64,000 bases of DNA from assembly GCA_028534125.1 (NCBI GenBank), contig CM052817.1, positions 11,100,001-11,164,000 of the forward strand, given 5' to 3'. The notes under the pieces were generated by a model. It was not told where the DNA came from, ran no database searches, and saw nothing but the letters and a program-made list of their open reading frames with translations. Shown in pieces: positions 12,552 to 26,129 of this stretch. The first letter of the stretch is position 1. Each line of letters opens with the position of its first letter. This stretch comes from Lama glama. Taxonomy: Eukaryota. The position numbers and the translations under genes are program-made.

Positions 12552-15079
12552 TGCTAGTACACCTGCCCTAAAGGAACGGCTCAAACTGCCCTTTGGAAAA
12601 CTGGTGTGAGGAGACAAAGCCCCCGAGATGAGAGACCAGAGATCCACACCTGGCTCTTCCGCTCACCGGCCTTAGACTCGTCACTTCCAGACCCCTGGTC
12701 CTTAGTCTTCCCATCTTTACAAAGGCTTCAGTGGAAGAAATATTTATTGGTCCCCAGCCTTATGCTGGCCACCAGGATCATCCAGGACAGTCCCTGTCTG
12801 AGCAAGGGATCACAGGCCACCAGGGTGGCCAAAGGTTTCCACTCTCTGCTTCCTTAGGTCTGTTCCACTTACTGAGCCCTCCAGCCTCGACTTGGAGTCA
12901 AGAAGCTGAAGTTTAGAGGGATGACGGCCCCTGCTCCCCATTCCTCTCTTTTTCCCTCTGGGGCATCTGTGCACTGAGCTTAGCTGACATCGGAGAGAAA
13001 AGCTGCCTGACATCTCTCCCCTCCCCATGCAGGTCACCCTGAACCACATTCACGTCAGGAGGCGGAGACAAATCAAGCAGTCTAGAGCGGTTTAATGGCA
13101 GGAACGCCGGAGTAGAAGTCCAAAATCTGACTTAAATCATGTCTCCGTGACCTGCCAGTGGCATGATCTTAACCTCTCTGAGTCGCAATTGCCTTATTTG
13201 TAAATAGGGGAAATCCTACTGAGTTCAAAGTAACGTTGTGAAGATTCAGTGAAATAACACAGGCTTGCTCTCCCAGCACCACACCTGGCACACAGTGGGT
13301 ATCAGTACATGTCGGTGAGGCCTGAATCGGAATCCATAACCATCTCGTAGTATGTCCAGGTGATGGAAGCTTGACGGGACTCCTGACACATTGACTGGGA
13401 CGAGTCCTTTTCCCATAGCTCCAGCGATCCGAATTGTTGGGTTGTTCATGTGTTGTCACCTGTGTGCAAGCGAACTGGGCGGTGGAGAAAGTGACACAAG
13501 AGGAATGCGGGGGAGAAAGGGTGAGCAGAAAGGAGGAGGGAACGCAGGGAAGGAGAAAAACTCCAGCATGAACAGTAGCAAGTCTCCAGGGCTTGAGGTT
13601 ACTTATTGATATTCAGCCTACTCCCAGAGCTGAGCCGAGGCCCCGGGAGGAAAGAAAATTGAACCCAGTTTCACACGCTGGTTTTCCCCACCAGTGTTCT
13701 CATCTATTGCCAACGCCTGCCCCCTTGTGGGCAGCCTTCACAATGAGAAAATGTTTTAGGTGTTCCGAGGTCCCCCATTGCCTGCAAGATAAAATTCATT
13801 GAACAAAGATCCTTCATGATCCAGCCCCTGCCAACCAAGACAACCTTCTTTTTGTGCAGCCACCCCCCAGCACTTTATACTCCAATAATACAAGATTCCG
13901 TATCTCCCCCACAACACCGTAGCTCAGAGGCCAACCTGGAAATCAGAGTTCAAAATCCTGACTTTTCTCCCTAGCTTTGTGACTTTGGGTAAGTTACCTA
14001 ACCTCTCTAAGCTTGTTCCTCATCTGTAAAATGGGGATAATAGTAGCCCCTACCTCCTAGAGTTGTTGTCGAGTTAAGTAAGATGAAGCATGAAAAGCGT
14101 CTTATAAACGGAAAAATGCCCCAATGTCCCCTAACCACTCATCATATTCATTCTACCTCTGAGCCATTCATTTAACGAGCATCTATTATGAACTACATGG
14201 ATGATAAATAAGGCACTGTCTTGAAAATACCTTGTAGTCCAGAGGAAGAGAAAGAAATATAGACAAATAATTATTATATTTTTAATTTTGGCAAAGACAG
14301 TGATAGAGTTAAAGATCATTTGATTTCCCCCAAAAAAAGCAAGCCTAAGATAAGGGATTGTAGGCATTAGTTCATTTTGTGACGTGGTCTGAGAGAACAG
14401 GGGGCGGGGGGCCTGGGGAGAGTGACATGGGGCAGAAAGGAAAACCAACATATGGTATTTTATCCAAGCAACTGAAGCTCTATCCCACTGGGACTCTCTA
14501 AGAAGCTACAGGAATGTGACTCATATTGACTACCTTGAGGACAGAAGAGGGGACATTTATCCACCAGCTCCTGTGTCCCAGTGAACACAAGTTTCCCCTT
14601 AGAGCAGGCCTCCCAGATTTGTGCACGTGCAGGTGCCTGGCGCATTTCTGCAGGCATCCTGAGCCTCGGGTCAGGCGAGCCCAAGGGCAGAAAGCAAAAA
14701 AGCAGGACAGCTGAGGAAGTGTGGGCAGCTTGCACGTGCTCGGAGCTCGCAGCCCCAGCTAAGGCCGGAATGCAAGGCTGGGCACAAGGGGTGTCCAATG
14801 ATGGCAGAGGAAATCATAGGATCAGAGGAGGGACACCGAACACAGCTCAGCATTGGTCAAACAGATGAGATGTTGTCATAGAAAGGTTCCTGGAGTGGCT
14901 GGCTACATCAAAGCTACATGAAATTAGCCAAGTCAGGGGTGGAGAAAAGGCCGATGAACGGCTGAGTATGGGCAATGCCAAGAGAGTGGAGAGCCGAGGC
15001 CAAGGACACAGTCAAGGCATTTGTTTAGGAGCTAAAATCAGTAGGATTTGGTGAGTGACTGGATGGAGGAGAGGAAGAG

Positions 15080-15345
15080 TGTTTCCCAACCAAACTTGAG
15101 TCCACTTGCCCAATGCCAATCTCCTGACACCGCGTTGTGGTGAAGGAAAGTACAGCATTTAGTGCAGGTGCCAAGCAAGGAGAACAGGAAGCGCATGCTC
15201 ATAAGACCCAAACTCCCCACCAATGGCTTTTAGGGAAAGATTTTTAAAGACAGTGTGAGAGAGAGGCTTGCAGGGTGTGCAATCAGCTCATGGACATCCT
15301 TCTGATTGGCTGGTGGTGAGGTAACCACGTGGCATTTTGGGAGTC
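15080..15345 (-). mobile_element. ERV1-type LTR fragment
   Basis: GTTGTGGTGAAGGAAAGTACAGCATTT...GATTGGCTGGTGGTGAGGTAAC is typical of laurasiatherian ERV1 LTRs. Confidence 0.5.
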
Positions 15346-16119
15346 ATGTCATAGCAGCCAGAATGGACTAAGACAGTGTTGGATACTGAGCTCTGACATA
15401 CCACATTCAGGTTGCCTCTGGGATACCCAAGTGGAAAGGATCAAGTTGCTCCCAGGAACTGGAGTCTGGTATCTAGGGAAGCTGTAATGTTGGAGTATGG
15501 AGAGATGGAACAGGATGTCAAAAGGGACCTCGTGTATCAGTTTTTCCTGTTGATACCCACAGGCTGAGAACATGATACGTACCAGGTCCTCACATTCCCA
15601 AGCTCAGCACTAGATCACTTGTGCAGGGCCCACCAAGAGCCTGGAAGTCACCACCAGAGGCTGTGAACACCACCTCTAGCCTGTGACAGGGCAGAGATTG
15701 GTGACAGAGAGACAGTGTCCTGGGAGAGGATCACTGGAGAGTTGTGACACTTCCCTTCCCTTCCACTCACAGAGATGGGGAGGGAGAGGAGGCAAAGGTT
15801 CATGTTTTCCCACAAGCCAGATGTGAGCCATATGGGAAGGAGCCAACCTCGAGGGATCTGGAAAGACACACTGCCCAGGAGAATGGCCTGGAACAACAAA
15901 GTGGCCCAGCACAGACAGGAACCATAGAAGCTTAGCAGCCAAGTGTTACACCTGCTGGAGGAGAAAACTATGTTCAGAGTTGCTGGTCAGAGGCTGTGGT
16001 CAGAGGACTCCAGCAGGGATGCACCCAACCAAAGAAACATTTAAAATTCTGCTATTCCCACACAGCACCTGTGGCTGAATACATCTGGACCAGTCCAGCA
16101 CATCCTTCCTATCCTGAAC

Positions 16120-16347
16120 TCTTCCTGGAACCAACGTGCCAGCACCCTCGGAAGTGGATGTTCCAGCCCCAGTCAAGCCTTCAAATGAATGTAGCACCAG
16201 ATGGCATCTCACAGCAACTTCACAGGAGACTCTGAGCCAGAACCACCAAACTAGCCACCCCCAAATTTCTGACCCACAGATACTGTGAAAGATAGTGCTG
16301 TTCTTTTAAGCTACTATTTGTTACGCAGCAGTAGACAGCTAAGACAT
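16120..16347 (+). mobile_element. MLT1F-like LTR 3' part
   Basis: CCAGCCCCAGTCAAGCCTTCAAATGA...GAGACTCTGAGCCAGAACCACC...TTTGTTACGCAGCAGTAGACAGCTAAGACA. Confidence 0.7.
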
Positions 16348-16569
16348 GGCTCCACCCCACAACTATGATTCAGAACTAGGGAGGGCTCCAGGGTCCATTT
16401 TTAATATGCTCCCTAGATGATCTTTTTGATGACTACTAAAATTAGAGGAAGAGAACTAAAGCAGTATCGCTGGGAGCCTTGGCATTCAGTGCCTCCAGGA
16501 AGCTTACAGTCCCATGAGTGCAACAGGCAATGATTAAACCAAATACTGCCTCTGGGTTTCAGATTTTGT

Positions 16570-16825
16570 TTTTATTGAGATATAACATTGTGTAAGCTTA
16601 ACATGTGTGCAACATGTTGATTTGATAATCTTGTATATTGCAATATGATGACCACTGTAGAGTTTGATAACACCTCTATCACATCAAGTAATTATCATTT
16701 CTTTTCTGTGCCAAGAAAATTTAAGATCTACTCTCTTAGAACTTTGAAGTATATAATATTGTCAACTGTAATCCTTATGCTGTGCCTTAGATCTCCAGAA
16801 CTTACGCATCTTCTAGTTGGTAGTT
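16570..16825 (-). mobile_element. L1MA-type LINE-1 3' terminus
   Basis: TTTATTGAGATATAACATTGTGTAAG...TTTAAGATCTACTCTCTTAGAACTTT...AGATCTCCAGAACTTA. Confidence 0.7.
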
Positions 16826-17324
16826 GTTTAATTACAATTGTGTATGAAGGAGCTAGGAAGTGGGCTGGGGTGTCAATCTCCAAGAGTTACTGAAACAGCC
16901 CTGGAATGACTTGCAGATCAGCAAGCTAATCACACTTCCACCTATGCCGACAGCTCCACCAAGTGGACATTTAAAAAACTCCTCTCATCTGAGCTTTTTC
17001 AGTTTCTACACTTAAGTCATGGGCTGCTAAAAGCCTACCATCACCATGGGCTGAAATGCTGGCTCAGCCCTTGCTGCTTACCAGCTGCTGATTAAACGGC
17101 AAACCCAGTCACCTGCCTCCCGAGAAGTCTGGTTTGGAAGATCAAATAGGAAAACAGTGAACTCAGAAAAAACACTACAAATAAGTGATGTCACAAAAGT
17201 ATTTTCAAAATGTTGGATCTGCTACTGCCCATGGAAATAAATTTGTTTTTAAAAAAGAAAAGAGAAGCATTCTTCATGAAATTTTTATTAACAACAGATA
17301 TAATCTCACATCAGTAAGAATTTT

Positions 17325-17515
17325 TGATTAGCGAATACAAACTACTCTAGACAGAATAGATAAACACAAGGTCCTACTGTATATTCAATAGCTTGTAATA
17401 ATCTATCATGAAAAAGATGCTGAAGAATATAAATATACAAAGATGTATAACTGAATCGCTATCCTGAACACCAGAAACACAGCAGTGTAAATCAGCTATA
17501 CTTTGATTTAAAGGA
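17325..17515 (+). mobile_element. Artiodactyl-type L1 3' end fragment
   Basis: ATACAAACTACT...AACACAAGGTCCTACTGTAT...GTATAACTGAATCGCTATCCTGAACACCAGAAAC...AATCAGCTATACTT. Confidence 0.7.
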
Positions 17516-18098
17516 AGAATTGTTTGAAAATGTGATCTTTAATAATAGTGTTATATTTGTTACTAGCATAACTAAATTGTGCTAAGTGTATGACTTGTTT
17601 GCAGGCTGGTATAATGTATTGGCTGAGAGCACAAACTTTGTAGTCTGAATGCCTGTTCAAATCTTGGCTCTCACTACCTCTTAATCATGTAGACTTAGGC
17701 ACGTAACTTCTCTCTTTGCCTCATTCCTCTCAGTTGTAAAATAGACATAAAAATAGGAGTTTCCACAATAAAATTGTGAGGATTGGTTAATCCGTGTAAA
17801 GCAATACCTACAGCATAGAAAGTGCTCAATAAAAGCACTATGACAATTACTTACCAGTACTCTATTTTTGGTCTTTTATTAATGATGCAGGAATTAATAT
17901 ATGTTATAATTTTTTGTCCTTGTTTCTGATTATTTCATGGAATCTAAAATATGGGATTACTGGGTCAAATGGTATAAAATTTTAAGAGTATTGATAGAGA
18001 TCATCAAATTACTCTCCTAAAAAGTTCTTCTTGGCCCTCCCATCAGCAGGGTTCAAAAACACGTGTCAGTACATGCATTAAAAATAGTTGCTAGCAGT

Positions 18099-18244
18099 GG
18101 TGGAAGGTAAAGCTCAGTGGTAAAGTGTATGCTTATTAGCATGCACAAGGTCCTGGGTTCAATCCCCAGTACCTCCATTTAAAAAAAAATTTTAATTTAA
18201 AAATAAATAAATAAACCTAATTACTTACCCTCCTCAAAAAAAAA
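18099..18244 (+). mobile_element. tRNA-Ala-derived SINE (camelid Vic-1-like) with TSD AGTTGCTAG
   Basis: A box AGCTCAGTGG, B box GGTTCAATCCC, AT-rich tail with AAACCTAATTAC; TSD at 18086-18094 and 18245-18253. Confidence 0.88.
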
Positions 18245-18257
18245 AGTTGCTAGTATG

Positions 18258-18796
18258 TGTTGGGGAGGAAGAAATTTTCCTGTACCCTTCTAGGTTCTTC
18301 TGGCTGATCTAAGAAGTAAATTGACATGAGACAGATTAACAGGAGAAAATCAAATAAAAGTTTAATAATGTGTATACATGGCAGAGACCCAGGAAAACAG
18401 TAATTCACCAAAGCGGTCAAAGCGTTCACCTTGAATACCATCTTCAGCTAAAGATGAAAAAGGATGTGGGAGGTCGTGGTTTCGGGCTTCAAAATGGATA
18501 AAGACAATCCACAGGAAGATGGAAAAGCAAATGTTTGATAAATGTTTGCTGGGGTCAATTCAGAGACCATGGGACACAGAGCGGCCTCTGATCTCCCACC
18601 ACTCTCAGCCCACAGTCTTTGCAGAATATCTCTGGTGGTAGCTCTGTTCTGGAAACAAGTCCTTTATCTTTAGGCAGCTAAGAGGGAGGCAAAAAGAACG
18701 ACTTCCCAAGTCTTCTTCTCCTTAAAGATAATCAGCCTAAAATAATCCTCATGCCAAAGAGATACATTTTAGTGCAGCAAATCTTGCTCCCCTACC
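18258..18796 (-). mobile_element. ERV1 solo LTR, MER34/LTR39-like
   Basis: Reverse complement starts GGTAGGGGAGCAAGATTTGCTGCACTAAAATGTATCTCTTTGGCATGAGGATTATTTTAGGCTG, like MER34-family LTRs; about 540 bp. Confidence 0.65.
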
Positions 18797-20277
18797 TTTG
18801 TTAACTATTACTACTGCCATCTCATTGTCTCAGTTTGCATTCCTTAAATAACCAGTGAGGTGGGACATTTTAATTTTTCTCTCACTCAGATTTCTAGTTC
18901 AAATGAATTTATCCAGATATGACATAATTTGCAAAAATTTAGTCAGAAATCTTCCCTGAAAATGGAGCAAATGTGTATATAGGAAACTGAGGCAGAGGCC
19001 AGAAAGGGACTTGCTTAACTTAGGAGTACTCCCCAGGACACACTCTCTCGGTGCTAAGAACATTCTAGAAACACATCAGGTGTCCACCCATAATCCCCTG
19101 CACACAGGCTGGTCTGGACCCCAAGACAGCAGAAGGCTGAGTAGGATTCCCTGTCTAATGTGTGTCTAAAGCAGATCTGATCATTCCCATTCTACAGATG
19201 AGGAAACTGCATTAGTCAGCCAGCAAACAGAAACTACTCAAACAGGGGGGATTTCATAAAGGGAATGAGTCATTTAGGAGATGGAAAAATCCAGAATCCA
19301 AACAGGGGATGAAGTGACCCAAAGATTAGCAACAGTGGAAAGCCACTGCTACCCTAGGGCTGAGAATCGGAGGGAAGAGCCCCATGGGCAGGTCTGCCAG
19401 GAGCTGGATCCAAAGGGGAGGGGCTGGCAAGTAGGAGCCAAAGATGTCACTTCCCCAGAGATGCCACCAGAGGCAGGAAGGTACATAGAGATACTGTGGT
19501 TTCTCCCCTCCCTAACCCTGCAATCTTCCACGAGGGCCCCTCATAGCAAAAACCTACAGGCAGCCAGCTGACAAGGGAGCCTGGGACAGGCAGTTCCCTG
19601 CAATACAGAGCAGGATGGAGACAGGCAAGGAATGGGGCTGAGAAAGGAGGCCAGTGACTGACCCGTTGCTCACGGTCCCACCACTACTATGTGGCAGGAA
19701 CAAGTATGGAAACACAGTGCCCCTGAGCCCATCACCCTGCAGCCTGGGAGAAGCAACAGGGGAGATGAGAGGTGGACAAAACAGCAAGTGGAAGACATAA
19801 GATGGTTTAAAAACTGTGACTGTGGGAGAGAGAAAGGACAGCCTTACCTCTCTAACCCGAGTATCAGATAAGCAACGGGGGACAGTGACCTGTGGATGCC
19901 TGGCTCCGTCACTCACTTGCATCAGTACGAGTAGCACACAGGTCAGTTACCTTCTCCAGCCTGTCCTTCGCCACACATTCAGCACGTCCTGAACAGTGAG
20001 GATTGGGGGTGCAAAATGGAAAATAAAGCTTTGTGGGCTAAAGGAATTCTAACCTTCATCCCTTCTCTCCTCTAAGCTCCTAACCATCAGAAACAGACAA
20101 ACAAGACCATAAGGCGAGGGTGTTGTAAATCTGCTGAGGACAAAGGAGAGAGCGCAGGGGGGTAGGAGACCCACAGAGAGAGTGCAGCGGGGTGGGAGAC
20201 CCACCCTCCCCAAAGTTCGCACACTGGCCCGGCCCCTGGTCCATGTGGCTGGCCAGTCACTCCTTATGCCAGTCCTT

Positions 20278-20331
20278 CCTCCTCCACCACCTCTTCCTCC
20301 TCCTCCTCTCTCCCTCCTTCTCCTCCTCCTC
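20278..20331. repeat. Imperfect (CCT)n polypyrimidine tract
   Basis: Directly visible. Confidence 0.8.
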
Positions 20332-20467
20332 ATGTGGTGAGGACCTCAAAAGAGGAAAAATATGTTTCTGCAAAAACTGCCCCTGGATGTGAGCCCTTTA
20401 AGAATACATCAGGAAGAGGAGCCAAGAAAAAAGTGTGTGAAGCATCAAAACAAAGCAGGTACAAGAT

Positions 20468-20685
20468 GAGGGTGGAGGACTAGGAGGCACAAACCATCAG
20501 GTATAAAATAAGCTACAGGGATGTATTATTGCACAACAGGGGGAATAGAGTATTTTATAATCACTATCTAACCTTTAAAAATTCATGAATCACTATATTG
20601 TGTACCTATAACATGTAATACTATACATCAACTATACTTCAGTTCTAAAAATGTGATATTGTAAAAATAAATACATAAATAAATT
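20468..20685 (+). mobile_element. Artiodactyl-type L1 3' end
   Basis: AGGCACAAACCATCAGGTATAAAATAAGCTACAGGGATGT...GAATCACTATATTGTGTACCT...CAACTATACTTC followed by an A-rich tail. Confidence 0.7.
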
Positions 20686-20719
20686 TTAAAATGTAAAACA
20701 TAAAAAACATTTTTAAAAA

Positions 20720-21205
20720 TTGGAACCATCATACACTGCTGGTGGGAATCGAAAATGGTGCAGCTGCTTTGGAAAACAGTCTAGCAATTCCTAAAATGGT
20801 TAAACAGAGAGTTACCATATGATACCCAGCAATTCTATACCTAGGTATGTACCCAAGAGAAATGCAAACAGATGTCCACACAAAAACTTACACACAGATA
20901 TTCAGAGCAGTATAATTCATTATAGCTCGAAGTGGAAAGAAGTCAAACGTCTATTAACTGATGAATGGATAAACAAAATGTGGTATAACAACAAAATATT
21001 ATTTGGTAAATTTAAAAAAATGAAGTATTGATGCATGCTACAACATGGGTGAACTGCGAAAACATCATGCTGGGGGGTGCAGGTTTTCTTTTTGAAATAA
21101 TGAAAATGTTTCCACAACTCTCTGAATAAACTAAAAGCCATTAAACTGAACATTTTAAGTGGAATGTGAATTATATCTCAGTAAATCTGTAGAAAGATAA
21201 ATAAA
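20720..21205 (+). mobile_element. L1MB/MC-type LINE-1 3' fragment
   Basis: ACTGCTGGTGGGAAT...TTGGAAAACAGTCTAGCAATTCCT...ATACCCAGCAATTCTATACCTAGGTATGTACCCAAGAGAAATG. Confidence 0.75.
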
Positions 21206-22789
21206 AATCCCAGAGTATTAGAGCTCCCTAAAGAAAAAAAACTGCTTATGTGCTAACACTTTCTTTTGGGGTGATGCAATCTCAGGGAAACAGGAACAAG
21301 GGGTAAAGGGAGTGAGGCAGGAAAAGCAAAAAAACAAATTCCAGGCGGTGCGTTCCTGGGCTAGTCGGAGCTGGGTGACGAGAACAGCTGTTTGGCTTGG
21401 TCTTCCAAGATGTCTTCATCTTGGCTAAATGAATTGTTGCATCTCAGAAGGGTCCATCCGAGGCAGGAAGGAAGAGTTTATCCAGAGGCTCCCTCCAGGG
21501 TCCTCCAGCCTCCCACAGAGTGGCAGCTGGCCCCGTCCCCAGAGTGGGTCGCCAGGCCCCCATTAGCAGCCGCTGGAAAGCTGAGTCCCTGTAGGTGCCA
21601 CTGGCCAGTGTACAGGAGGCACCTCTGCCGGGCAGTGTAGGCGGAGGACAGCAGCAGCAGGGACTGGCTCCAGGACCACAGGGACCACAAGCGTGAAGAG
21701 CTGCTCCAGGTAAAAACCACACAGTGTGTCTGGGGAGATGCTTAAACCACGACACCAAACCAAGAGTTATTGTGAAGATCAGATGAAAACATAGTCAAAG
21801 TTCCTGGTACCCAGTAAACAATAAATGTTAGATCTTTGTGCTCCTGTTTCTCTCCCAGCAAGACTTTAAATGCTGCTTAAGGCAGATCGCTCTTATTTAC
21901 CGTTTTGTAAATTGTAGTAGGTCAGTAAACATTTCTCAAATAAGTGCACATTATTAACATGCCCTGTCCCTGCGCGGTGCCTCACCCTGAGAAGGTACTC
22001 AACAAACAGCTGACAGTGCTACTGAAGTGATGCCCTTTTAAAAGGAACAAGATTACTATTTTCCGATCATATTTCAACATAAATTAGAGATGGGTAAAAT
22101 AAGGATTAAAACAACAACTAGCTACCTAACATTTCTGTGTGCCAGTCTTGGCATCATTCAGCTGTTTAATCCCTCGGGATCATTGCCTTTATTGTTCCCA
22201 TTCCTCACATGGGGAGATTAATGCATCTGCTCAACGTTCTACAGCAAGGAAGTGGAGGAACCATGCGCAAACTCAGGCAGTCTGACGCCGAGTCCTTCTA
22301 CGCAACCATTACTCTATTCTGCTACTGTGTGCAGGTTACACCCTGGCTGAAGGTCCCAAAGAAAAAGCCGCACTTGTTTCATGGACCCAACCACCATGGG
22401 CACCTTCCCAGTACTCTGCAGCCCTGTGACAAGCAGCCCTGACTACTGCCAGAAGCCGTGGACACCCAGCTTCCAGGGATGCACAGGCTGATCTCTGAGC
22501 GGGTGAGGGCCCAGCTGGGGAGAGAGCAGAAGCCTCACTCTGGAGCGTGGCAGGAAATGAGCACATGGGAGCTGAGGCGAAGGGAAGTGGGAAATGCAAT
22601 AAACCAGGCTGTAAGTTACATGTCTCAGATCAGCGCCCCGAGAAAAGGGATTTCAGCAATAAAGTGTATCTGTGAGAACAAAGCAGACCCAAGAGGCTGG
22701 TAGATTTTTCTAGATTCTGTTCAAGGATAAAGTTTAGACGACTCCAACAAAGTGTCTACACTGAGTTAAAGGTGTCTGCATGCCCGTTC

Positions 22790-23740
22790 CCCTCCTCCCC
22801 TGCTCTCTTAAACTCACTCTAATCTTTGACCCCTCTGCTCTACTAGAACTTTTTGTAAGCATCATCTGTGATCCCCCTGCCCTGACATCTAAGTCCGATG
22901 GTCACTTTCTAGTGTTCATCTTACTTAACTTCTCAGCAGCACCTGGCACGGCTGTTCACTCCTTCTCTTTCCATACGCTTTCTTCGCTTTACTCCTAGGA
23001 CAGCACATTCTCAGTTTTCCTTCTCCCTGTCTCCCGTGAGGTCCAGATCCCAGCCTCTCACTCAGTCCAAAGGTATTCTTCAGTGTTCTCTTCAGTCCTT
23101 TACAGTTAATCTCGTGTTATTCAATAATTCTTTGTGTTAAACTTGCCCCATTCACATCACTGTGTGGTTCCTGTCTCCTAGACCCTCACTGACACACAGC
23201 AATTTCAGCTAGTTCCATAGCTTTAAATGCCAACTATATGCTCATGATCCCCAAGTTTTTCATCTCCACCCCAGATCTCCCTCCTGAACGCCACACTCAA
23301 AATACAACTGCCCACTCGAAGTCTCCACTGGGATGTTAAGAGACAGAGCAAATCTACGTGTCGAAAGCTACCCTCCTGATACTCCCAACAAAACTTGCTC
23401 TAGCCACAGCCTTCTCCATCACATTTGTTAAAAAAAAAAAAAAAGCAATCCTCCCTTCCACTCATGTCCAAAACTCTGGGAGTCATCCTTTACTCCTCTC
23501 ACTCACCCTTAACAGTCAATCCACCAGGAAACGTTGTTGACTCTACTTTCAAAATATACTTTCCCTCACCACGTCCACCACTACCACCCTCGCCATCATT
23601 TCTTGCCAGGATCATCATAACAGGCTCAGTATTATCTTCAACATAACAGCCGGAGTAATCTTTTAAAGTGTATCACTCCTCTGCTCAAAAGCCTCATAAT
23701 GGCTACCAAAAGTCTAAGTCGCGGTCCTTAAAATGCATAC
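22790..23740 (+). mobile_element. LINE-2 fragments
   Basis: GGTCACTTTCTAGTGTTCATCTTACTTAACTTCTCAGCAGCA; CATCTCCACCCCAGATCTCCCTCCTGAA; CACTCCTCTGCTCAAAAGCCTC. Confidence 0.6.
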
Positions 23741-24304
23741 CACCCTACGTGGGCCATTGTCAAACTGCACCGAGGCACCCCAGGGAATTCCAAGGGACAC
23801 CACAGGACAGTTTCCAGTTTCTAGGTTAACATAGCGATATCTGTCCCACTGTGATTATTAGACTGTTAGCACCTAACTACTTATAAAACCACTGTTAAGC
23901 ATTTCTTTTGATGTAGGGGCACCATGAAAACCTGCAGGGGCTGTAAGTCCGAGACCAAGGTGCCTGCAGGGTCAGTGGGAGCCCTCTTCCGGGTCCCTGA
24001 CTCTTCGCTGTGTCCTCACACAGTGGAGGGGCTAGGGACCTCACTGGAGTCGCTCTTACAAGGGCACCAACCCTACAAATAAGGGCTCGTCTACCAATGG
24101 TCCCATCTCCTAGTACCATCACACTGGGCATTAGGGTTTCAGCATATGATCACGTAAATTTGGGGCAGGACACAAACATTCAGACACAGCATTGGATGCC
24201 TTTGAAAAAAGTCAGTCCCAGCCTTACTGAGCCCCCATCTCCTTTCCTGTAAAAGTTGGATAATATCACCTTGAAAGGTAGTATCAAGAATCCAAAAAGA
24301 CTCC

Positions 24305-24870
24305 TCAAATAGTTAGACACAGAATTTCCATACCATGCCTAGGTGTATACCCAAAAGAACTGGAAACAGGTACCCAGATACCCGTACTGAATGTGTGCAC
24401 AGCAGTGTTATTTACAACAGTCAAAAGGTAGAAAGAACCCAAATGTCTACCAACAGATGGATGGATAAACAAATTGTGGTATACACCAACCATGGAATAT
24501 TATTCAGCCACAAAAAGGAGTAAGTACTAATAGCTGCTACAACATGGACAAACCTCAAAAACATACTAAGTGAAGGAGGCCAGTCACCAAAGGCCACGTA
24601 GTGCATGGCTGTGTTTATATAAAACATCCAGAACACGTACATTCATAGAGACAGAGGAGACTGGCGGTGCCAGGCGCTGGAGGCAGGGGGGATGAGGAGT
24701 AACTGCCCAGTGGGTTCTAGGCTGCATTTTGGGGTGATAAACATGTTTTGGAACTAGACAGAGGTGGTGGTTACAGAACACCGTGAACATACTAAAGGCC
24801 ACTGAATTTGTCACTTTAAAATGGTTAATTTTATGTTACGGGAATTTTATCTTAATAAAGTTTTTTTTGA
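24305..24870 (+). mobile_element. L1MB-type LINE-1 3' end
   Basis: CCTAGGTGTATACCCAAAAGAACTGGAAACAGG...GATGGATAAACAAATTGTGGTATAC...TTTATCTTAATAAAG. Confidence 0.8.
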
Positions 24871-24892
24871 AAGAATTGAAAAAGAAAACACT

Positions 24893-25065
24893 AGATAAAC
24901 AACCAGGTCCACTGTAGAGCACAGGAACTACACTCAATCTTGTAATAACCTGTATACACGCACACACGCAGCCGAATCACATGCTGTACACCAGAAACTA
25001 GCACAACTTTTTAAGTCAACTACACTTCGGTTAAAAAAAAAATTTTTTTAATAAAAGAAAAAAGA
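24893..25065 (+). mobile_element. Artiodactyl-type L1 3' end with A tail
   Basis: TAGATAAACAACCAGGTCCACTGTAGAGCACAGGAACTA...GCTGTACACCAGAAACTAGCACAAC...CAACTACACTTC. Confidence 0.7.
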
Positions 25066-25472
25066 AAGGAAACACAGGGTAAAGGCCTTTATAAACAGCA
25101 GCCATTGGTGACCAGGGTCCTGGGCTCAGTTCTGCCACTTAATAGCCATGGAGATGGTAAGTCATTGCTCTGGGCCTCAGTTTCCTCATCTGTAAGATGA
25201 CGGGTTGGACCGGATTGCTAGTTCTCAATCAGAACAGCCCTGATCAGTCACGTGAAGCCTCCTTCTAAACGCGCAGAGCCATTCCCCCCGCCCAGGAGGG
25301 ACTCGTGCCCGTGTCACTGTGCTGAAGACACTCATTTCAGGGCGTAAGTCCACCCCGCTTTTGAGACCATCAGACTAAAGACCACGAGCAGCCCGTGATT
25401 CTAGTACCTTCATCTATGACTGTTCATAAGATGCGTTTTGAGGAAAGAAGACAACACAGTAAGTGAAGTACA

Positions 25473-25478
25473 TTTATT
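25473..25478 (-). terminator. QDPR: QDPR distal polyadenylation signal (AATAAA); 3' UTR about 570 nt
   Basis: TTTATT on the plus strand; on the minus strand it is followed by a GU/U-rich element (ACTGTGTTGTCTTCTTTCC). Confidence 0.75.
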
Positions 25479-25842
25479 AGGAAGATCAACTCCGAACAAT
25501 CACAAGTAGTTCTCTTCCCACTTGGCAACTGTGCAGGAAAAAGAAGCTTTAACAGAGTCCACAGGATTTTGTTTACACCACAAAAGGAGTTTTAAGGCAG
25601 ATTAATTCGAGGCTATAAAAACTACATCCGTGACATAAACATAACGTTCAAAAATAACTCAGGCTCCAAACGTCCCCGATACCAACAAGTCTCTGAACTA
25701 GTCAGGTCGGCAGCCACGGGCGGGGACACACTGAGTCTCCAAAGCAACTCAACAAGACGCTGATGCCGGGGGGCCATCCTGAGACCGCCCAGACTCTGCG
25801 GTTAACACAGACCAACAGAGCTACCCGAGGCCCCCACATGTT

Positions 25843-25848
25843 TTTATT
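25843..25848 (-). terminator. QDPR: QDPR proximal candidate polyadenylation signal (AATAAA)
   Basis: Canonical hexamer about 175 nt after the stop; downstream CTCTGTTGGTCTGTGTT is GU-rich. Confidence 0.45.
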
Positions 25849-26023
25849 CCACACAAACCTTCTACACTGTCCTAGGAGAACAAATGTACATTAGATGAGA
25901 GGAAAACAGGGCTCACTATCTCATACCACGAACAGGATTACAGAAAACACAGGGCTGGACACAGCCACGTTAATAGATTAACGACTTTTCTGACAGGCCC
26001 CTCATAGGCCAACAAAATGCAGC

Positions 26024-26129
26024 TTAAAAACCCACTGGGGTAAGCTCCGTCCTCCCCTCCGTGGTCACCACTTGGATTAGACTCCCTGAGCTTGGTCGGT
26101 TTTTCTCCGTGATCCAGTCATGGAAGGTT
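26024..26129 (-). CDS. QDPR: QDPR exon 7 coding part ([34 protein letters not shown])
   Basis: Acceptor CTTTGTTCTAG; TAA at 26026-26024. Confidence 0.97.

Noticed and set aside
21270..21760. GC-rich segment with several overlapping ORFs, a possible processed pseudogene
   Set aside because: No recognisable protein in any listed frame; the start resembles an old ERVL LTR (LTR16/33-like).
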